From: Candidatus Thalassarchaeum betae
GTDB taxonomy: Archaea; Thermoplasmatota; Poseidoniia; Poseidoniales; Thalassarchaeaceae
Direction of reading: 5' to 3'
Length of the DNA: 64,000 bases
NCBI GenBank assembly: GCA_003193925.1
Contig: PSPG01000008.1
Coordinates: 73,848-137,847 of the forward strand
Position numbers and translations under genes: made by a program. The notes under the pieces are model-generated. The model had not been told where the DNA came from and ran no database searches. It saw nothing but the letters and a program-made list of their open reading frames with translations. Of this stretch, positions 50,793 to 60,583 are shown in pieces (the stretch's first letter is position 1; each line of letters opens with the position of its first letter).

Positions 50793-50866
50793 TGGAGCAC
50801 GGGCCGGGATTTGCACCCGGGTCCATGGATCTGCAGTCCATTGCATAGCTGCTCTGCCACCCGTGC
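50793..50866 (-). tRNA. tRNA-Cys(GCA), CCA encoded, no intron
   Basis: Acceptor GCACGGG/CCCGTGC, U73, CCA; anticodon arm ATGGA-CTGCAGA-TCCAT; T arm CCGGG-TGCAAAT-CCCGG. Confidence 0.95.
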
Positions 50867-50975
50867 AGTGACTCTCGACCCCCGAGGGCCCCTTGAAGAC
50901 TCTTTGGAAGGCGGCGAGGCCACATTCAGGGGACTTGGCGCATAGTTCATCCCCAGTCAGCCACCCGCCGGCGAT

Positions 50976-52109
50976 ATGCCTGAGATTTCTTCACGCTACG
51001 ACGGGCTTGGCGTGGGCTTCGCTCCGTATCTGCAGCCCCCAGGGCCCGAAGTCGTTCGCTGGACCGTGGGCGAGCCCGGCTTCGATGCTCCGAGCGAGGT
51101 CATCGAAGCGGCAATCAAGGGGCTCGAGGATGGCAATACGAAGTACACCCGCGGAGCCGGCTCGATGGAACTGTGCCAAGCCGTGTCCGACTATCTCGCC
51201 CGTCATCACAGTATCGAAGTGGCGGCGGATGACGTGGTCATCACGCCGGGCGCCAAGCAGGCCCTGCTGTATTCGTTCATGATCACGACCATGCCCGGCG
51301 ACGAGGCCATCCTGCTCGCTCCCTCGTGGGCTTCCTACGAGCCGATGCTCAACCTGATTGGGGCGACCCCAGTGAACGTCCCGGTCAGGAAGGACAACTT
51401 CCACCCAGACATCGATGCCATTCGGGCGGCGGTCACCGAGAAGACGCGGATGATCCTAATCAACTCGCCCTGCAACCCAACGGGGGCTGTGTTCACCCCC
51501 GACGAGATCCAGGCGATTGTCGACATAGCCGCCGAGCACGACTTCTGGATAGTCTCAGACGAGATCTACGCCAGACTGGTGTGGATGGACTACCCGCACG
51601 TCTCCCCCTCGACTCTTCCCGGAGGCAAGGAGCGCACGCTGATAGTCAACGGGTGGTCGAAGTCATGGGCGATGACGGGGATGAGGCTGGGCTTTCTCAC
51701 GGGACCCCCCAATGCGATGAGAGCGGCCATAAAGACGCAAGCCAACTCAGCCTCGCACGTTCCCACTTTCATGATGCACGCGGCTGCGGTGGCGCTGGGT
51801 TGCGATGACTCGGTCGAGGAATTCAACCGAGAGTACCTGAAGCGACGCGAAATCATGACCGACGGGCTGGCGGAACTTCCAGGTCTGAGGGTGGTCGAGC
51901 CAGAGGGAGCGTTCTACGTATTCGTCGATATCACCGCTACGGGAATGACCGACATCGAGTTCGCCGACGGCGCTCTCGAGGCCGGTGTCCAGTTGATTCC
52001 GACCTCGCTCATCACCGGCGGCGAGGGCTTCGTCAGAATCTCCTACGCCGCCGACGAGGAGGCGATTCACGAAGGGCTGCGGCGCTTGCGAGCGTGGCTT
52101 GTGGATTAG
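50976..52109 (+). CDS. Class I/II aminotransferase (aspartate aminotransferase-like)
   Basis: VGEPGF, GAKQAL, NSPCNPTG, SDEIY, SKSWAMTGMRLG. Confidence 0.93.
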   Translation: MPEISSRYDGLGVGFAPYLQPPGPEVVRWTVGEPGFDAPSEVIEAAIKGLEDGNTKYTRGAGSMELCQAVSDYLARHHSIEVAADDVVITPGAKQALLYSFMITTMPGDEAILLAPSWASYEPMLNLIGATPVNVPVRKDNFHPDIDAIRAAVTEKTRMILINSPCNPTGAVFTPDEIQAIVDIAAEHDFWIVSDEIYARLVWMDYPHVSPSTLPGGKERTLIVNGWSKSWAMTGMRLGFLTGPPNAMRAAIKTQANSASHVPTFMMHAAAVALGCDDSVEEFNREYLKRREIMTDGLAELPGLRVVEPEGAFYVFVDITATGMTDIEFADGALEAGVQLIPTSLITGGEGFVRISYAADEEAIHEGLRRLRAWLVD

Positions 52110-52144
52110 TCACCTTGAAATCGGGAAATAGACGCAGAGGACGC

Positions 52145-52531
52145 ATGAGCGGCTCCGCAGCGCACGGCGGGCATATCCTGCTGGACTACATCGGCTACGC
52201 CCCGCCAGTCGACAACGACGGCGATTGGATGCTGCAAGTGCTGCGCGACAGCGTCAGGAAAGCAGGTATCAGGGAGGTCCACTCCCATGTCGCGCAGTTC
52301 GACGGTGATGGCAGCCCGCCCGGCTTCGCAGCTGTCGTGCTGATCGACGAGAGCCATGTCAGCGCCCACTGCTACTCGGACAGAGGCCTGCTGGCAATCG
52401 ACATCTTCACCTGCGGGGGCAACGACCCCGCCCCCCTAGCGGACGACATTCACGAAGCGCTGCAGAGCGCCGTCCCCGGACTCGTGCTGTCAGGACGCGA
52501 GCATATCGACAGATTATCAGCGTTAGAATAG
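52145..52531 (+). CDS. speD: S-adenosylmethionine decarboxylase proenzyme family
   Basis: GHILLD, LIDESHVSAH (ESH cleavage site), IDIFTCG. Confidence 0.85.
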   Translation: MSGSAAHGGHILLDYIGYAPPVDNDGDWMLQVLRDSVRKAGIREVHSHVAQFDGDGSPPGFAAVVLIDESHVSAHCYSDRGLLAIDIFTCGGNDPAPLADDIHEALQSAVPGLVLSGREHIDRLSALE

Positions 52532-53764
52532 ATTCGTGAAATCGCTGCACTGCTCTGATATTCTCAGCAATTGATTGTACTTCGATGTGCGATCGCTCCT
52601 CGCAGGAGCGCCGGTCTTGATCTGCCCGGCGTTCGTGCCGACGGCGAAGTCTGCGATGATGTCGTCCGAGGTCTCGCCCGAGCGGTGGCTGATGACGGTG
52701 GCAAAGCCCGCGGCACGGGCCATCTCAATGACGCGCAGGGTCTCGGTGACCGTGCCTATCTGGTTGAGTTTGATGAGGATGGCATTGCTCGCGCCCTCGG
52801 CTATGCCTCTGGCGAAGCGTGTGGGGTTGGTCACGTAGAGGTCGTCGCCGACAATCTGCACCCGGTGCCCCTCACGGGCCGTGAATTCGACCCAGGACTC
52901 CCAGTCATCCTCGCCGAACGCGTCCTCGAGCGATACTATCGGGTAACTGTCCAGCCATGAGGAGTAGAGCGCGCCCAGCTCGGTGCCGGACATCGCCTTG
53001 CCGTCGATGTGGTAGCCGTCCTCACGGTGGAACTCCTGCGCGGCGCAGTCGAGGGCGATCGATATCTGCTCGCCGGGCGTGTATCCGGCTCGCTTTATGG
53101 CTCCGAGCACGTGGCGCAGCCCGTCCTCGTTGCGCGGGAGGTTCGGCGCGAAGCCGCCTTCATCACCAACGCCGCCGAGCATTCCCTCCTCTTCAAGCAC
53201 CGATTTCAGCGCGTGGTACGTCTCCACGCCTGCGCGCAGGGCCTCTGGAAAGCTGTCGAATCCGTGAGGTACGACCATGAACTCCTGGATGTCGACGTTC
53301 GAGGCTGCGTGCACGCCGCCGTTGAGGATGTTCATCTGCGGCACAGGCAGACTGCTGGGGCCACTGCCCGCGAGGTACGTCCACAGGATTCCGCCTGCAG
53401 CTGCCCTCAGGCACGCCATCGAGGCACCGAGGACCGCGTTGGCGCCGAGGCGCCCTTTGTTCGCTGTCCCATCGAGTGCGACTAGGGCGGCGTCGATGCC
53501 CTCTTGGTCGGCCACGTCCATGCCAATCAGAGCATCACAGATCTCGCCGTTGACATTGGCTGCGGCCACCTCGACGCCCTTGCCGCCCCACTCAGCGCCT
53601 CCGTCGCGCAACTCCACGGCCTCATGACTGCCGGTGCTGGCACCAGATGGAACCGCAGCGCGGCCGCGCAGTACCCCGTCCACATAGCAGTCGACCTCGA
53701 CGGTCGGGTTGCCGCGAGAATCCAGTATCATCCGAGCGGAGAGGTCGCTCACAGCGCCACTCAT
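52523..53764 (-). CDS. eno: Enolase
   Basis: ILDSRGNPTVE, VPSGASTG, GDEGGFAP, IKLNQIG, SHRSGET. Confidence 0.97.
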   Translation of the reverse strand: MSGAVSDLSARMILDSRGNPTVEVDCYVDGVLRGRAAVPSGASTGSHEAVELRDGGAEWGGKGVEVAAANVNGEICDALIGMDVADQEGIDAALVALDGTANKGRLGANAVLGASMACLRAAAGGILWTYLAGSGPSSLPVPQMNILNGGVHAASNVDIQEFMVVPHGFDSFPEALRAGVETYHALKSVLEEEGMLGGVGDEGGFAPNLPRNEDGLRHVLGAIKRAGYTPGEQISIALDCAAQEFHREDGYHIDGKAMSGTELGALYSSWLDSYPIVSLEDAFGEDDWESWVEFTAREGHRVQIVGDDLYVTNPTRFARGIAEGASNAILIKLNQIGTVTETLRVIEMARAAGFATVISHRSGETSDDIIADFAVGTNAGQIKTGAPARSDRTSKYNQLLRISEQCSDFTNLF

Positions 53765-53813
53765 TGGTGCGGCGACCTGCCGGCCCCCTCTCAAGGTTGC
53801 GCAGAGGAAACAC

Positions 53814-54248
53814 TCAGACGTTGAGCCAACTTAGCCACCGAGCGACCCTTCCTTGGATCTCTGGCACTTCCATCTCAGAGCGGCAGCAGTGCTCCCAGCT
53901 GAGTTGCTCCTCGGTCGGCGAGATCGAGAACAACTCGGCGCGGAACAGGACTCCGTCATGCTCCTGGCACTTGCCGCGGTTGTCGTCAACGAAGCAGTGG
54001 AGAAGGTGCTTGGGGAAGTGTTGCATCTTGCCAGCGGAGGGGCTGCAGAACATGACGCTCCTCTCGAGGAAGAGCAGCGAGTCGCCAGTGCATTGGTCGA
54101 CCTCGTGGCCGAGCACCCTAGAGCCAGTCAGCAGAGATGCGACATCGACGTTGTACCACTCGGTGTGGGAGGGAGGAATGTCCAACTGGGAGACGTCGTC
54201 GAGATACTCCTGAACGCGGAGGTGGGCGACCGTCTCCTCCGCTGACAT
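53814..54248 (-). CDS. Hypothetical protein (Cys/His-containing)
   Basis: 144-aa ORF upstream of and co-oriented with eno. Confidence 0.6.
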   Translation of the reverse strand: MSAEETVAHLRVQEYLDDVSQLDIPPSHTEWYNVDVASLLTGSRVLGHEVDQCTGDSLLFLERSVMFCSPSAGKMQHFPKHLLHCFVDDNRGKCQEHDGVLFRAELFSISPTEEQLSWEHCCRSEMEVPEIQGRVARWLSWLNV

Positions 54249-54391
54249 CGGACGCGAATTAACGCCGACCCATTTGAATACGACTTTCTTCAGAGATTTT
54301 TCCGATGTGCGTAATCCGGAAAGAATAGATAGCGAAAATTCGCACATCTGGTAGCGAAGATACAAATACGAGTCCATTTTCGGCGCAACCC

Positions 54392-54814
54392 ATGGTCGCA
54401 GTCGACAGCCTCGATAGATCGATATTGGCAGTATTGAGAGATTCCGGAAGATCGCCTTACGTCGACATCGCCAAGCAGGTCGGAGTGACCGAGAGAACCG
54501 TTCGGACCCGCATGCGACGCATGGAGGAAGAGGGTGTCGTCCGGGGCTACACGATCCGCGAGGCGGGCATAGGGCTGACTGCACTGGTCCGCCTCAAGGT
54601 CGGTTCGGGAACCGAGATCGGAACGCTGGCGGGGGAGTTCACCGGATGGACCGGCGTCGAATGCGTCTACGAGATCAGCGGGGACGCCGACCTAGTCGCC
54701 GTCGTCCACGTCGACGACACCGTCGCACTGCGAAACCTGCTCGACGAGATGTGGCTCGCCGCGCCCGGTGAGATTAGCTCGACCCAGACCGAGCTGGTCC
54801 TCGAGCAGTACTAG
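54392..54814 (+). CDS. Lrp/AsnC transcriptional regulator
   Basis: DSLDRSIL...IAKQVGVTERTVRTRMRRMEEEGVV; YEISGDADL. Confidence 0.92.
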   Translation: MVAVDSLDRSILAVLRDSGRSPYVDIAKQVGVTERTVRTRMRRMEEEGVVRGYTIREAGIGLTALVRLKVGSGTEIGTLAGEFTGWTGVECVYEISGDADLVAVVHVDDTVALRNLLDEMWLAAPGEISSTQTELVLEQY

Positions 54815-55369
54815 TCAGTGCTTCCACTTGACCGAACAGCCGATGCTGTCGGTGCGAGAGACGGAGACGGAACGTCCGGCGACGAGGTCGTCCATCGCAT
54901 TGGCGAGGTCGGAGGAAGTCGTGTGGGACGGGTCTCTGGGGGAGTCGTCCAGTCGTCCGCGGTAGACGACGGATCCAGATGAGTCAATGAGGTAGAACTC
55001 GGGTGTCCGCTCTGCCCCGTACGCGCGCGCAGTGTCTTGAGTGTCGTCATGGAGGTACGAGTATCCCATCCCCCTGTTCGCTCGCTTGACCATGTTGTCC
55101 CACGAGTCGGACTGGTAATTGACCGGGTCGTTCGAGTTGATTCCGGCGAAGCCGAGGCCCTCGGAGCGCGCGCGCTCGGCCATCGCCTCGATGCGCGGCT
55201 CGGAGCCCACTACGTACGGGCAGTGATTGCAGGTGAACACGACGACGGCTCCGTTCTGTCCCATCAGGTCGGTCAGAGACATCGGATTGCCGCCCACGTC
55301 TGCATTGGCATTCGGCAGGTGAAAGTCGGGGGCGGTGTCACCCGGTTCGATGCCTAGTGGTTCCGGCAT
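54815..55369 (-). CDS. AhpC/TSA-like thioredoxin-family protein
   Basis: APDFHLP, FTCNHCPYV, YGAERTPE, YRGRLDD, IGCSVKW. Confidence 0.9.
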   Translation of the reverse strand: MPEPLGIEPGDTAPDFHLPNANADVGGNPMSLTDLMGQNGAVVVFTCNHCPYVVGSEPRIEAMAERARSEGLGFAGINSNDPVNYQSDSWDNMVKRANRGMGYSYLHDDTQDTARAYGAERTPEFYLIDSSGSVVYRGRLDDSPRDPSHTTSSDLANAMDDLVAGRSVSVSRTDSIGCSVKWKH

Positions 55370-55395
55370 GGGGCGGGGGGGTGGTGGTCGGCAGT

Positions 55396-57696
55396 TCAAC
55401 CCTCTGTAGTCGAGCCTGGCTTCGGTGGAGCCACGCCGTCCTTGCACTCCTCGAGCCTGCGGCGGGCCAGACGGTGCTCGGGGTCCGCGTCGAGGACTCT
55501 CCTCCACGCCGCTGCGGCCTTCTTCGGGTCCCTGCCTTCGTGCAGGATTGCAGCGATCCGAAGTCGGGCGTCGATGTGGTGCTCATCGTGCTCGGCGGCA
55601 TTCTCGAAGTCATGCGTGGCATCGTCGAGTCTCCCGAAGTCGAGGTACAGAAGCCCTCGCTGGTACCATGCATCGGAGTGCGTCGGGTCGATCTGCAGAG
55701 CGGCGTTGAGTGGCTTCTCAGCCTGCTCGGGCCGCCCTCTGGCAATCAGGCAGGTCCCGAGGTGGACCAGCGCCATCGTGTGCTCCGGCCTGCGCTCGAT
55801 CAGCCTGCGCAGCTCGGCCTCGGCCTCATCCCAGTCGCCATGGTTCATCAGTATCTCAGAGCGGCGGAGGCGCGCAAGATTGAGATTGGGGTGGTTGCCG
55901 ACTAGATGGTCGGCGTCGTCAAGCGCAGTTGCAAGGTCCCCCTTCAAGAGCGCCGCCGAGCACCTGTTGAGACGCGCTCGGACGTGCCCGGGCTCGCTGG
56001 CTAGGACCTTGGTGAACAATGATTGCGCCTCTGTGAGGCGGTTCTGATGCGCTGCGATCATGCCGCGGATGAACGGTATCGCCACGTGGTCGTTCAATTG
56101 GGTCGCCGCCTCGGCCACTAGAGTGTCAGCCTGCTCCAAGCGACCCAGGTCCAGACACAATTGCGCCTCCTCCAATGGAATCGACGGGTGCTCCGGAATC
56201 AGTCGGCGCGCTCTGGTCAGTGCGATATCTGCCTCATTGAACGAGTCTTGGTATCGAAGCGCCTTGGCGCGGCCCAGCCAAGCGAGGCCCGACTCGCGGT
56301 CACGATCTATGGCCCCATCAAAGGCGACGAGTGCATCGAGCAGAACGAGTTGGTCGTGCTGCCCGGTGTCATCACGATGCTGCTCGGTGAGCACTAGGTG
56401 GAGGCGTCCGTCCATCACATGCAGTGAGGCGTGCTCCCACGCCTCGGGGGGTGACTCGTCCAAAACCTTGCGCGACCACTCGATGGCTCCGGCCCGCAGC
56501 AGAACGAGGCTCAGGCGGGCTCTGGCCTCGGCGTCCTCGGGATTCGTCTCAAGCCTATCCTCCAAGACGGCCCTAGCGGCGTCCAGCCTGCCGTCATTCT
56601 CGAATATCTCAGACTCTAGGAGGACCCCGTACTCACCCAGCGCGGTCGCCCGGCGGATGCTCTGCAGCGCCTCCTTCGTCCTATCCACGTCCGCCGAGAG
56701 CAACTTCGCGTGCAGCATCCAAGCCTCACCATTGTCGGGATTGGCCTGCAAGGCCTTCTCCACAGACTCCAGAGCGACGGCGATCTCTCCGATCATGAGC
56801 AGCTTGGCGGCGCGCTCGAGCCATCCGGCGGAAGTCTCAGGCTCGGTTGCGCGCGGGTCGACGTCCTTGTTGACCTCTCGTGCCCTTTCGACTATCTCGG
56901 ACAGCTTCGTGGTCGCGAGGGAGGCGTCGAACTCGATGCCGAGCGCCTCCAGTCTGCGATGGTTGCGGGTGACCCGCTCCTCGTCTGTTCCAGTCAGGAG
57001 CAGTGCCTGCTCCCTGAGCACCGCGACGTCGTCGGGCTCAATCGCGAGCAGCCTCTCGAGGCTGCGATCCAACGTCTCGACGTCGCCCTCCTCCCTCTGA
57101 ATGGTGGCGAGCGCCTTGAGCGCCTCGGCGTCCTCGGCACTGAGGCTGTGCGCTTGGCGGTAGAAGTCCGAGGCCCGGATGATACGGTCAATTCCATGGA
57201 AGAGCTCGCCGAGCCTCCTGTGCTCGTCGCCGTTCAACTCGAGGTCCTCGGCCTGCATCTCGGCCTCGTTGAGGATAGCGTCGAGTCGCTCTACCAGCGG
57301 CAGCAGGCCGGGTATGACCTCCTTCTGGCCCTCGTCGGAGACGAGACCGGGGTAATGCTGGAGGATCGTCTTAGCCGCATGGGTGGCAATCGCGCAGGAC
57401 TCGCTGGAGCTGACATTGACTCCCTGCTCAAACAGCAGCGTCTCAGCCGACTCGAGGGACTTGTGGGCATCGAGCAGGCCGTGGACCTCGGGGGTCTCGC
57501 TGAGAACGGTGTCGACTCCTCTCGACAGCAGGTCGAGGCGTTGTGAGGTGTCTGAGAGGTCGCCTTGCAGGGAGCCCATCTTGTCTCGCATGCGCTCCCT
57601 CTGCCTCAGCACCGCCTGATGCCTGAGCCAAAGCGTCAGAAGGGCGATTCCAAGCAGGGCATACAGAGTCAGTATGCCCAAGGTAGACGGTTCCAT
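55396..57696 (-). CDS. Membrane-anchored TPR protein
   Basis: N-terminal TM, coiled coil, many TPR units (ALQIDPTHSDAWYQRG). Confidence 0.85.
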   Translation of the reverse strand: MEPSTLGILTLYALLGIALLTLWLRHQAVLRQRERMRDKMGSLQGDLSDTSQRLDLLSRGVDTVLSETPEVHGLLDAHKSLESAETLLFEQGVNVSSSESCAIATHAAKTILQHYPGLVSDEGQKEVIPGLLPLVERLDAILNEAEMQAEDLELNGDEHRRLGELFHGIDRIIRASDFYRQAHSLSAEDAEALKALATIQREEGDVETLDRSLERLLAIEPDDVAVLREQALLLTGTDEERVTRNHRRLEALGIEFDASLATTKLSEIVERAREVNKDVDPRATEPETSAGWLERAAKLLMIGEIAVALESVEKALQANPDNGEAWMLHAKLLSADVDRTKEALQSIRRATALGEYGVLLESEIFENDGRLDAARAVLEDRLETNPEDAEARARLSLVLLRAGAIEWSRKVLDESPPEAWEHASLHVMDGRLHLVLTEQHRDDTGQHDQLVLLDALVAFDGAIDRDRESGLAWLGRAKALRYQDSFNEADIALTRARRLIPEHPSIPLEEAQLCLDLGRLEQADTLVAEAATQLNDHVAIPFIRGMIAAHQNRLTEAQSLFTKVLASEPGHVRARLNRCSAALLKGDLATALDDADHLVGNHPNLNLARLRRSEILMNHGDWDEAEAELRRLIERRPEHTMALVHLGTCLIARGRPEQAEKPLNAALQIDPTHSDAWYQRGLLYLDFGRLDDATHDFENAAEHDEHHIDARLRIAAILHEGRDPKKAAAAWRRVLDADPEHRLARRRLEECKDGVAPPKPGSTTEG

Positions 57697-57817
57697 CCGG
57701 CCTCAGCGGACCTGTACGACTTTTGATGGCTTCTGCGGATGCCAAGGCTCCCGCCGGTATTGTTGGCGGGACTATGTCCCGCCGAAGCGGATTCGCAGTC
57801 GCTTCGTTCGCTGCGGA

Positions 57818-58984
57818 TCAGAGGTCTTCTGCTGAGTACGCCTGCACTCCGGACTTCCGGGTGACTTTGCCGACCGATGTGCCGAGCACGTTCTCGATGC
57901 CTGCGCCAGAAGCGAGGTCGAAGATGCGGTCATTCACCTTGCCGGCGAAGATCAGCCCCCGGGAACCGTTCGAATCTACCAATGCGGTCTTGAGGCCGTT
58001 GGCTCCGATTGGATCCGAGGCTGAACCGTCCTCTTGGATGATCACTGCCTGTCGGGGCTTGAGGGCGTCTAGCATTCCTGCCCAGCCCTTGATCTCGTCG
58101 GGGGCCTCGAGGGCCTCCGAGCCTCGGCCGACGGATCTGTCGTCGTCCCTGTTGATCTGGGTCTGGACCCGAGCGACGGCCTTGCCAGCCGTCTCCTTCT
58201 GGCCGAGTGCCTTGGTCACGACCTTGCTCTCAAGGTGCTCGACCTCTCGGCTAGTCGGCGCGAACGCGACGTGGGTCAGTGCATTGCCGAGCACACCGCT
58301 GATCTCCATCAGAAGCAACTTGCCACCGCGGTCCCCATCGAGGAACGCGGTAACGGTCTTCTTCGTCTTGGCGAGCTCGGCGAGCTCGGGCTTGATGCCC
58401 GAGCCCATCGTGGCGATTGCGTTCTTGAAGTCGTACTTCAGTAGGTTGCGTACGTCGTTGCGTCCTTCGACGATGATAATCGCCCCGGACTCAATCACAT
58501 TCGGACCCGCGGTCATTCCCTTGTAGTCGATTTCCGTTTCCAGAGTCAGTACCGAGCGGACCTCCTCGAGGATGTTCCTCGACTCGTCCGCGCCGGAGTT
58601 GATTATGTTGAGCAGGAGCTCCTTGGCCCTGTCAATCACGGTATCCCTCTTGGCGGAGACGATGTTCTCGATCCGCTTGACCTTGATCGAGGCCTTGCAC
58701 GGTCCGATCCTGTCGATCGTCTCGAGCGCGGCGGCGATCACGGCTGTGCTCACTTGGTCGATGGAGGAGGAGAGTTGTATCTCCCCGTTCACCTTACCCC
58801 TGCTCTGGTGCAGAACGACGTCGACGTGGCCGATGCGCCCAGTTCGCTGAAGCTTCCTGAGTTGCAACTCTTCGCCGAGCAGACCTTCGGTCTGGCCGAA
58901 GATCGCCCCTATGACGTCTTTGCGCGCAACGGTCCCGTCAGTGCGGATGGTTGCGTGTATCACGTATTTTCCTTCGTTTGTCAT
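57818..58984 (-). CDS. dnaG: Archaeal DnaG (TOPRIM; exosome-associated)
   Basis: DVIGAIFGQTEGLLG, ETIDRIGPC, IVEGRND, FLDGDRGG. Confidence 0.95.
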   Translation of the reverse strand: MTNEGKYVIHATIRTDGTVARKDVIGAIFGQTEGLLGEELQLRKLQRTGRIGHVDVVLHQSRGKVNGEIQLSSSIDQVSTAVIAAALETIDRIGPCKASIKVKRIENIVSAKRDTVIDRAKELLLNIINSGADESRNILEEVRSVLTLETEIDYKGMTAGPNVIESGAIIIVEGRNDVRNLLKYDFKNAIATMGSGIKPELAELAKTKKTVTAFLDGDRGGKLLLMEISGVLGNALTHVAFAPTSREVEHLESKVVTKALGQKETAGKAVARVQTQINRDDDRSVGRGSEALEAPDEIKGWAGMLDALKPRQAVIIQEDGSASDPIGANGLKTALVDSNGSRGLIFAGKVNDRIFDLASGAGIENVLGTSVGKVTRKSGVQAYSAEDL

Positions 58985-59211
58985 TGTCTTTTCTCCTTAG
59001 GCTCTCGGCCCCACTTTTGGGGCCTCGCTCCCGGTTTTCGCCAGTTGGCGGTTCGGTGGATGGGCGCCAAGCGCCCGCGAGTGTGGCAGAGTACCTGCGG
59101 TTCGTCCGACCGGGGGACCCTTCATGAACGCTACTGTTGGCGGAAAGGCCCGATTCGCAGTTGAAAGGACCCTGCACGAGCCATTAAGGGAGACGGTGCG
59201 AATCGTGGTAC

Positions 59212-59679
59212 ATGGAGCCGAGACTCACCGACCGCAGGGGGGTGTTCCACGGTGCGACTATACTCGCCCTGCGCGATGGTCAGCTGTCAAACGGGGAGAA
59301 GCGGCTCCTGGTGAAGCTGGCTCATGCGCTCAGATTGGATGAGGATGAGCCGAAACGCGTCTACGACGCTGTCGTCAACGGCGAGAGTCTCGAGTCGGGG
59401 CAGGAGATTGGCGGGCAGGAGATGCGCATGGTCTACGAGCAGCTGCTGGAGGCTGTCCTCATGCACACCGACCGCTCCGACGACGAGCTCACCATCCTGG
59501 CCTACCTGCGTCGGGCGTTCGATATCGGTGATGCTGAGCACCGGGCGATCACGAGGAGCCTTGACCGTCAGCTGGAGGAGATAATCCACAGGACGGTCCT
59601 ACAGGACTTCAGGATGCGTCTGGATGACACCATGGAGCGAATCGGCGGCATTTTCGACATGATCAGAATCCAGATCTGA
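59212..59679 (+). CDS. Hypothetical protein with TerB-like helical repeats
   Basis: ALRDGQLSNGEKRLLVKLAHALRL; SDDELTILAYLRRAFDI. Confidence 0.6.
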   Translation: MEPRLTDRRGVFHGATILALRDGQLSNGEKRLLVKLAHALRLDEDEPKRVYDAVVNGESLESGQEIGGQEMRMVYEQLLEAVLMHTDRSDDELTILAYLRRAFDIGDAEHRAITRSLDRQLEEIIHRTVLQDFRMRLDDTMERIGGIFDMIRIQI

Positions 59680-59681
59680 GG

Positions 59682-60344
59682 ATGAACATGTCTCAGCACG
59701 ATTCGTTGGACGATTTCCTCGCCGCCCAGCCGCCCAGGGTCCACCGCTCGGACAGGCTGCTCGCCAAATTGGTGCGCGAGGCCTACCCTATCGGCGTGCC
59801 GGCCCTGATCATGAAGTCGAGCACCGATCGGCTGGGCGAGTCGGCCGGTTACTCATTCCACCTCGGGACGCCGGACGAGATGCTCCGGCAACTCGCCTCG
59901 TGGCTGCTCACCGAAGCGGGCGAGGACCAGAATGTGCTGCTGCGGCTGGTCACTCGGCTCTGGGGGCGGCACGGGCGCGAGGACGTCGCTCTAGCAGCGC
60001 TCCTTCTAGCCAACCTCGATCACCCGAGCCTCGGGACCGACCCGTGGCAGGTCCTAGCCTCGTCGACCAGGGGCACCGAGCCGGCTGATGCCCTGCTGCT
60101 GAGCATCGAGGAGTTGCTACGGGCCGGGCGCGGGATGCCCAGCGAGGCGCTGCTAATGCAGTGGTGCGAGGGGCGTGCTGTGGACGCTCACATGGCTCTG
60201 CTTGCGAGCTACGTCGGCTCTGTCAGGGGCGATGAGCCGAGTGATGAGCTGCGTGACGCTCTCGCGTCGCTGGAGATCCCTACCGGCGACTCGCTGCTAA
60301 GTCGGGTAAAGCAGAGATTGGCCTCGCCGCAAGCGCAGGACTGA
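59682..60344 (+). CDS. Hypothetical helical protein
   Basis: 220-aa ORF inside a co-oriented cluster. Confidence 0.6.
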   Translation: MNMSQHDSLDDFLAAQPPRVHRSDRLLAKLVREAYPIGVPALIMKSSTDRLGESAGYSFHLGTPDEMLRQLASWLLTEAGEDQNVLLRLVTRLWGRHGREDVALAALLLANLDHPSLGTDPWQVLASSTRGTEPADALLLSIEELLRAGRGMPSEALLMQWCEGRAVDAHMALLASYVGSVRGDEPSDELRDALASLEIPTGDSLLSRVKQRLASPQAQD

Positions 60345-60369
60345 TGGCTCAGGTCGCTCGCCGCGGGCC

Positions 60370-60579
60370 GTGACCAAGCGCCTGCTGCCATCTGACGACC
60401 CCGTAGCGGAGCAGGTCCTGGAGTGGACCATCAAGCGAGATGCGCACGACATCACCCAGCTGATGAGATGGATGGAGGCTACCGACGTGAGGCGCGACCG
60501 ACAGGTCCTGCTGAACCGTGCGTTGGATCTGATGGACGAGATGCAACACGCGCTCCGTCGGCTCGACGATCTGCGGTGA
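60370..60579 (+). CDS. Small hypothetical helical protein
   Basis: 69 aa; fills the gap before mobA. Confidence 0.55.
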   Translation: MTKRLLPSDDPVAEQVLEWTIKRDAHDITQLMRWMEATDVRRDRQVLLNRALDLMDEMQHALRRLDDLR

Positions 60580-60583
60580 TAGC

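Noticed and set aside
50772-50975. Integrated element at tRNA-Cys
   Set aside because: No integrase, no duplicated tRNA 3' end seen, and housekeeping genes on both sides.
59682-60344. AlkD-like DNA alkylation repair protein
   Set aside because: Only a faint LW...RE...A resemblance; not enough to call.
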